A DNA stretch of 63,629 nucleotides, filler included, from Candidatus Tectimicrobiota bacterium (GTDB lineage: Bacteria; JACPSX01): the NCBI GenBank assembly GCA_016193065.1. It is 7 parts of 7 records of this genome, joined end to end, with 100 filler letters (N's around TTAATTAATTAA, not from the genome) between each part and the next. Parts side by side here need not be neighbours in the genome. Positions count along the whole stretch, not along the records: positions 58,629 to 63,629 come from JACPSX010000208.1; 6 more parts are not named here. One strand, given 5' to 3'. The notes beneath the pieces were generated by a model. The model had not been told where the DNA came from. It did no database searches and saw nothing but the letters and a program-made list of their open reading frames with translations. A program made the translations under genes and the position numbers. Below are positions 59,360 to 63,629 of the stretch, in pieces. How positions within the stretch are numbered: position 1 is the first letter of the stretch; every line of letters begins with the position of its first letter.

Positions 59360-59764
59360 TCATCTCGCAGCGAAAACGTCCAGAGACATCGCTGTGGCGG
59401 GAAATTCGGACAGGATCTGTCCATCGGACGTTACGAGAGGGACGCCGATCTGCCGCGCCAGAGCGACGAATTCGCAATCATAGGCCGAACAGCGGGACGA
59501 CGACACCAGACTCAATACCTGCCCAGATTCTACTTCGAACTCCGCTCCCTGTAAGATGAGCTCGGCTTCGCGAACCAAATCGAGTGCATCGGAAAGGGCC
59601 AGTTTTTCCTGCCGCAAATAGGCGGCTAGCACGTTGCGAAACTCGCTTCGCCACAGGACCGGAGCAGCCCATACCGGATCCTTCTGGAATGCTGAGCGCG
59701 CCTGGAGTGTTTTCTCACCGCCCAGGAACAGGTAGGCGACCACATTCGTATCGACGACGATCAT
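59360..59764 (-). CDS. PIN-domain toxin (VapC family)
   Basis: IVVDTN, SEFRN, SAYD, LVTSD. Confidence 0.92.
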   Translation of the reverse strand: MIVVDTNVVAYLFLGGEKTLQARSAFQKDPVWAAPVLWRSEFRNVLAAYLRQEKLALSDALDLVREAELILQGAEFEVESGQVLSLVSSSRCSAYDCEFVALARQIGVPLVTSDGQILSEFPATAMSLDVFAAR

Positions 59765-60003
59765 GGGCGCCCAGCGGACTTCGCGGCACGAAGGAAGTCT
59801 TCTGTGAGCGGGGGCAATGCCACTCTCTCCCGCAGGGCATCCACACGCGCCAACAGGGCCTCCGGTTCCATACGTTTGCTCAACAGGGTTCGCTCCAGGC
59901 ACACAATCACTTCGCTGTTTATGCTGCGGCGGTGCTCGGCAGCGCTTTGCTTGATGCGTTCGTAGAGATCTTTGGGAATGTTCTTGATCGTAAGTGTGGG
60001 CAC
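59761..60003 (-). CDS. Arc/FitA-like ribbon-helix-helix antitoxin
   Basis: LTIKNIP..LY..IK..A..HRRSINSE; ATGA overlap with the toxin. Confidence 0.9.
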   Translation of the reverse strand: MPTLTIKNIPKDLYERIKQSAAEHRRSINSEVIVCLERTLLSKRMEPEALLARVDALRERVALPPLTEDFLRAAKSAGRP

Positions 60004-60146
60004 CCTAGATCCTCCCCTTTTGATTCCATAATGCAACCAAAATGGATGATACATGAATTCATCTCGTCTTTCAAGAAATTGCTCTCTTGGGAACGAATTA
60101 CCTGAGAGCCGTGAAAAGTCGCTTGACAAGGTCGAACAAATAAATA

Positions 60147-60171
60147 ATCATTTGAACACTTGTGCAATTAT
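60147..60171. promoter_or_regulatory. Candidate ArsR/SmtB operator
   Basis: Imperfect inverted repeat ATCATTTGAACACTTGTGCAATTAT, downstream of TTGACA (60123) and upstream of the repressor gene. Confidence 0.45.
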
Positions 60172-60211
60172 AGTGCCTGGGTCTTACGGTCGATGTGTAA
60201 GGAGGAGGTTT

Positions 60212-60577
60212 ATGGCGGTTACCGTGGCTTCGGATGGCACCTGCGAAATCCAGTACATAGACCGGGAGAAGGTTTCCAAGGTTCTTTCCTTGATGAAACC
60301 CGAGCGGACCTTCCAGGAACTGGCTGAGACCTTCAAGATCCTCGGGGACTCAACGCGGATCAAGATCCTCTTTGCGCTTTCCAAGGAGGAACTGTGCGTT
60401 TGTGACCTCGCCCACCTGCTGGGAGTGAGCACCTCGGCCGTGTCTCACCAGCTCCGCCTTCTGCGTAACATGAAGCTCGTGAAATTCCGTAAAGAAGGGA
60501 AGATGGCCTACTACTCGCTGGACGACCAGCACATCGAGACCCTGTTCACAGAGGGTCTCCGCCATGTGGAGGAATGA
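60212..60577 (+). CDS. ArsR/SmtB metalloregulator (CadC/ZiaR-like)
   Basis: ELCVCDLA, SAVSHQLR.LR, DDQH...HVEE. Confidence 0.93.
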   Translation: MAVTVASDGTCEIQYIDREKVSKVLSLMKPERTFQELAETFKILGDSTRIKILFALSKEELCVCDLAHLLGVSTSAVSHQLRLLRNMKLVKFRKEGKMAYYSLDDQHIETLFTEGLRHVEE

Positions 60578-60580
60578 GCA

Positions 60581-62497
60581 TTGAGCGGCAACGGTTGTTG
60601 CGCAGAAGGGGCATCCTGCAGCACCTCGGCACATGAGCTGCGGCGGGAGGTCCGGCTGACCGCCGCCTGCGGACTTCTCGGCTTGTTCGCCTTTTTCCTC
60701 TCCCGGTCCTCCCTTCCACCCCAGGCCGGAATTGCGTTTTACGCCCTGGCCATCGGGCTCGGCTTGCGGCCGATTGCCGCCAAGGGCTTCTCCGCCTTGC
60801 GGCAGCGGCGACTGGATATCAACTTTCTGATGTCCCTGGCAGTCGTTGGGGCAGCGGCCATTGGAGAGTGGCTGGAAGCGACCTCTATTGTGTTTCTCTT
60901 CCTGCTGGCTGAACTTCTAGAGTCCTTAAGCCTCGGTAAGGCTCGCAACGCCATCCAATCCCTGGTCGAGCTTGCCCCACATCGGGCCCTGGTGCGAAAA
61001 AACGGCGGCGAAATCCTCCTTCCCGTGGAGGAAGTGGCACCGGGCGACAGAATCATCGTGAAGCCGGCAGAGCGCATCGCCCTGGATGGAATCGTGCGGG
61101 AAGGAATCTCCACGGTCAATCAGTCCCCAATCACCGGGGAATCCATGCCGGTTGAGAAACACCCGGGGGACCCCGTTTACGCGGGAACCATCAACCAAGA
61201 GGGAGCACTAGAGGTTGAAGTCACCGCCCCAGCCAGGGAAACCGTGCTGGCGCGGGTCATCCGCATGGTGGAAGAAGCCCAGTTACGGAAGCCCTCGGCG
61301 CAGAAATTCGTCGATCGATTTGCTCACTACTACACCCCGGCAGTCGTCGTGGCGGCTGTCCTGATTGCCACGCTCCCCCCGCTGCTCACGGGCGCTCCGT
61401 TCTCTTCCTGGTTCTACCGGGCTCTGGTCCTGCTGGTGATTTCGTGCCCCTGCGCTCTGGTCATTTCAACCCCCGTGACCATCCTTTCGGGGCTTGCCGG
61501 GGCCGCCCGCCGGGGAGTTCTCATCAAGGGGGGAAACTTTCTGGAAGCGATCGGCAGCATCCAGGTCATCGCTTTTGACAAGACGGGCACGCTAACCCTT
61601 GGTCAACCCCGGGTGAGCCGGGTCCTCCCTCTAAACTCCCACTCCCCTGCTCAAGTTCTGCAGATAGCCGCTTCCCTCGGAGCGCGCTCGGAACACCACC
61701 TGGCGGGATCGGTCGTCAGTCATGCTGTCAAGGAAGGGATCCCGCTTCTCAGTGCGGAGCAAATTCAGGCCATCCCCGGCAGAGGGTTGCAGGGACAGGT
61801 GGAGAACGGTTCTTTCTTCATGGGGAACCATCGCTTCCTGGAGGAAAAGGGACAGTGCAACCCGGACCTGGAAAAGATTCTACAAATCTCCGAGAGACGG
61901 GGGGAGACCGCCGTCTTCTTGGGAAACCAGGATCAGGTCATGGGCATGATCACGTTCGTCGACACTCCACGTCCCGAAGCGCGCACTGCCCTCCACCAGA
62001 TCAAGGACTGCGGTCTCGAAGTCGTCATGCTCACGGGCGATAACCGGGGAGCCGCCGAGGCCATGGCCTCCCAATTGGGAATCGACCGTGTTTATCACGA
62101 GCTCCTGCCCGAAAACAAAGTTCAGGTGGTGCAGAAGCTGACAGCGGGCGGGAAAAAGGTCGCCATGGTGGGAGACGGGATCAACGATGCTCCGGCCCTT
62201 GGAGCTTCTGCGGTTGGAATCGCCATGGGGGGCGCGGGTACCCATGCCGCCCTGGAAACCGCGGATATCGTCCTCATGGGAGACGATCTCTCTCAGCTTC
62301 CGCTGACCATCCGGACCGGGCGCCGGGCCGTCAACATCATCAAAACGAACATCGCTCTGGCCCTGCTCATTAAGGCCGTTTTCCTGTTCCTGGCCATACC
62401 GGGGCTGGCCAGCTTGTGGATGGCACTGGCGGCCGACATGGGCGGCTCGCTTCTGGTGACCGCCAACGGGCTCCGCCTGCTCAGAACCCGCACCTGA
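60581..62497 (+). CDS. Heavy-metal P1B-type ATPase (CadA/ZntA-like)
   Basis: TGES, CPC, DKTGT, GDGINDAP, ADMG; short Cys-rich N-terminus. Confidence 0.95.
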   Translation: MSGNGCCAEGASCSTSAHELRREVRLTAACGLLGLFAFFLSRSSLPPQAGIAFYALAIGLGLRPIAAKGFSALRQRRLDINFLMSLAVVGAAAIGEWLEATSIVFLFLLAELLESLSLGKARNAIQSLVELAPHRALVRKNGGEILLPVEEVAPGDRIIVKPAERIALDGIVREGISTVNQSPITGESMPVEKHPGDPVYAGTINQEGALEVEVTAPARETVLARVIRMVEEAQLRKPSAQKFVDRFAHYYTPAVVVAAVLIATLPPLLTGAPFSSWFYRALVLLVISCPCALVISTPVTILSGLAGAARRGVLIKGGNFLEAIGSIQVIAFDKTGTLTLGQPRVSRVLPLNSHSPAQVLQIAASLGARSEHHLAGSVVSHAVKEGIPLLSAEQIQAIPGRGLQGQVENGSFFMGNHRFLEEKGQCNPDLEKILQISERRGETAVFLGNQDQVMGMITFVDTPRPEARTALHQIKDCGLEVVMLTGDNRGAAEAMASQLGIDRVYHELLPENKVQVVQKLTAGGKKVAMVGDGINDAPALGASAVGIAMGGAGTHAALETADIVLMGDDLSQLPLTIRTGRRAVNIIKTNIALALLIKAVFLFLAIPGLASLWMALAADMGGSLLVTANGLRLLRTRT

Positions 62498-62807
62498 TCT
62501 AGCCGCACCGACCAGCAAGAACCCCCACGGCCCCGCTCATCCTGTTTTTTCAAGCGGCGACAGGAAGCGGTCCTTTAATTCCTGTACCCCCGCAGCCAAG
62601 GTCAGGGCCAGGATCTTGTCCCCGGCGGCCAGGGAAGTGTCCCCCCGGGGAATCACCACTTTCCCTGCCCGAATCACGGAGATGAGGGTGAGCAAGCCAC
62701 AAATTAGGGCAACCGGACCCGGATCCCGAGCGTGCCATCAAAACAAAGCCAAAAGAAGCCCATAATTTCTGCTAAGATACGGCCATTTTGGGGAGCCATC
62801 TCTGCCC

Positions 62808-63368
62808 ATGCAAATGATGTGGATTGTCGAGCAGTACGGGTATCTGGCCGTTTTTGCGGGTGCCTTCCTGGAAGGAGAAGTGGTCTTGATCCTGGCGGGG
62901 TTTGCCGCCTTTCACGGCTACCTCAACCTGCAAATGGTTTTGATCATTGCATTCCTGGGAACCGTCCTCAGTGATGAATTCTTTTACTACCTGGGCCGCT
63001 GGCAGGGCAGATCCCTGATCGCGCGATCGAGGCGCCTCTCGGAAAAATACCCGTACGCCCTCCATTACATCGAGCGCTTCGGAACCTGGGTCGTTTTATT
63101 GCAGAGGTTCCTTTATGGCTTCCGCATCGCAATCCCCGTGGTGATCGGCACCAGCTCCATGAAACCGGTCAGGTTCGCCATACTGAACATGAGCAGCGCC
63201 GTGGTCTGGGTCCTCCTCTTCGGATACCTGGGATATGGGTTCGGCGACGCCCTTACCGCGATCCTGGGGGACCTCAAGCGCGTCGAGGCCTACATTTTCC
63301 TGGGGGTTTTCTTCGTGGCCCTGACCATCTGGGCCGCCCATACCATCACGAAGAAAACCCGCCTCTGA
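62808..63368 (+). CDS. DedA family protein
   Basis: YGYLAVF.GAFLEGE, D...YYLGR, RFLYGFR. Confidence 0.92.
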   Translation: MQMMWIVEQYGYLAVFAGAFLEGEVVLILAGFAAFHGYLNLQMVLIIAFLGTVLSDEFFYYLGRWQGRSLIARSRRLSEKYPYALHYIERFGTWVVLLQRFLYGFRIAIPVVIGTSSMKPVRFAILNMSSAVVWVLLFGYLGYGFGDALTAILGDLKRVEAYIFLGVFFVALTIWAAHTITKKTRL

Positions 63369-63519
63369 GCGGCGCCCTCCCCGAAACTCAGCGCCGGAAA
63401 AACATCTTGCTCAGGGGCACCCGGGAGTTATATGTTATGAACGGTACATTTGCTGGGTGAAGAACGGAAAGTAACATTCTCTATTCAAACTGTTAGGCAG
63501 TCTGCCTAAGGAGGAGAAC

Positions 63520-63629
63520 ATGAGATCCTGGAAGCGAATTCTCCTGCCTATCCTCAGCTTTATCGCCCTCTCAACTCTTATTTTCTTCATGCCAATCCCC
63601 GGGAATTCAGGAACGATTGCCCCGGGGCA
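63520..63629 (+). CDS. 5' fragment of an exported or membrane protein
   Basis: AGGAGG RBS; MRSWKRILLPILSFIALSTLIFF signal-like sequence; runs off window. Confidence 0.6.
   Translation, partial: MRSWKRILLPILSFIALSTLIFFMPIPGNSGTIAPG

Noticed and set aside
62236-62243. GGGTACCC in cadA as a micro-element
   Set aside because: No CACCC/GGGTG arm; it encodes the conserved GAGT motif of P-type ATPases.

Overview
GC-rich bacterial draft or metagenome-assembled sequence made of seven contigs joined by artificial 100-nt N/TTAATTAATTAA linkers, so gene order across linkers is not meaningful. Gene content (DUF1844-mutL-guaBA-dnaE-accA, TIGR02300, IspH-UbiA fusion) suggests a Deltaproteobacteria/Nitrospinota/Tectomicrobia-like lineage; this is inference only. 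Most genes are housekeeping or catabolic. The window also has a selenocysteine-encoding selD in a TauE-selD-MMPL-LolA-like-outer membrane protein operon, a partial cyclic beta-1,2-glucan synthase next to tRNA-fMet, a broken nuclease-STAND gene, and a PIN toxin-antitoxin pair beside arsR-cadA. The most striking signal is a family of 17-21 bp micro-elements, CGGGTACCC-N(3-7)-GGGTG, in at least 14 copies. Filled versus empty comparisons inside this window show the element replacing 6 bp of target (net +15 bp for the 21-mer, frame-preserving). It nests into its own GGTACC core and sits in frame inside mutL, a DUF3352-like gene and a hydantoinase B gene. Several larger repeat families act as hosts or neighbours: a two-copy ~265-nt structured element with a covarying closing stem, a TAG-targeting MITE, a REP-like hairpin and a heptamer-flanked 73-bp element. 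All product calls come from motif recognition; no database search was run.
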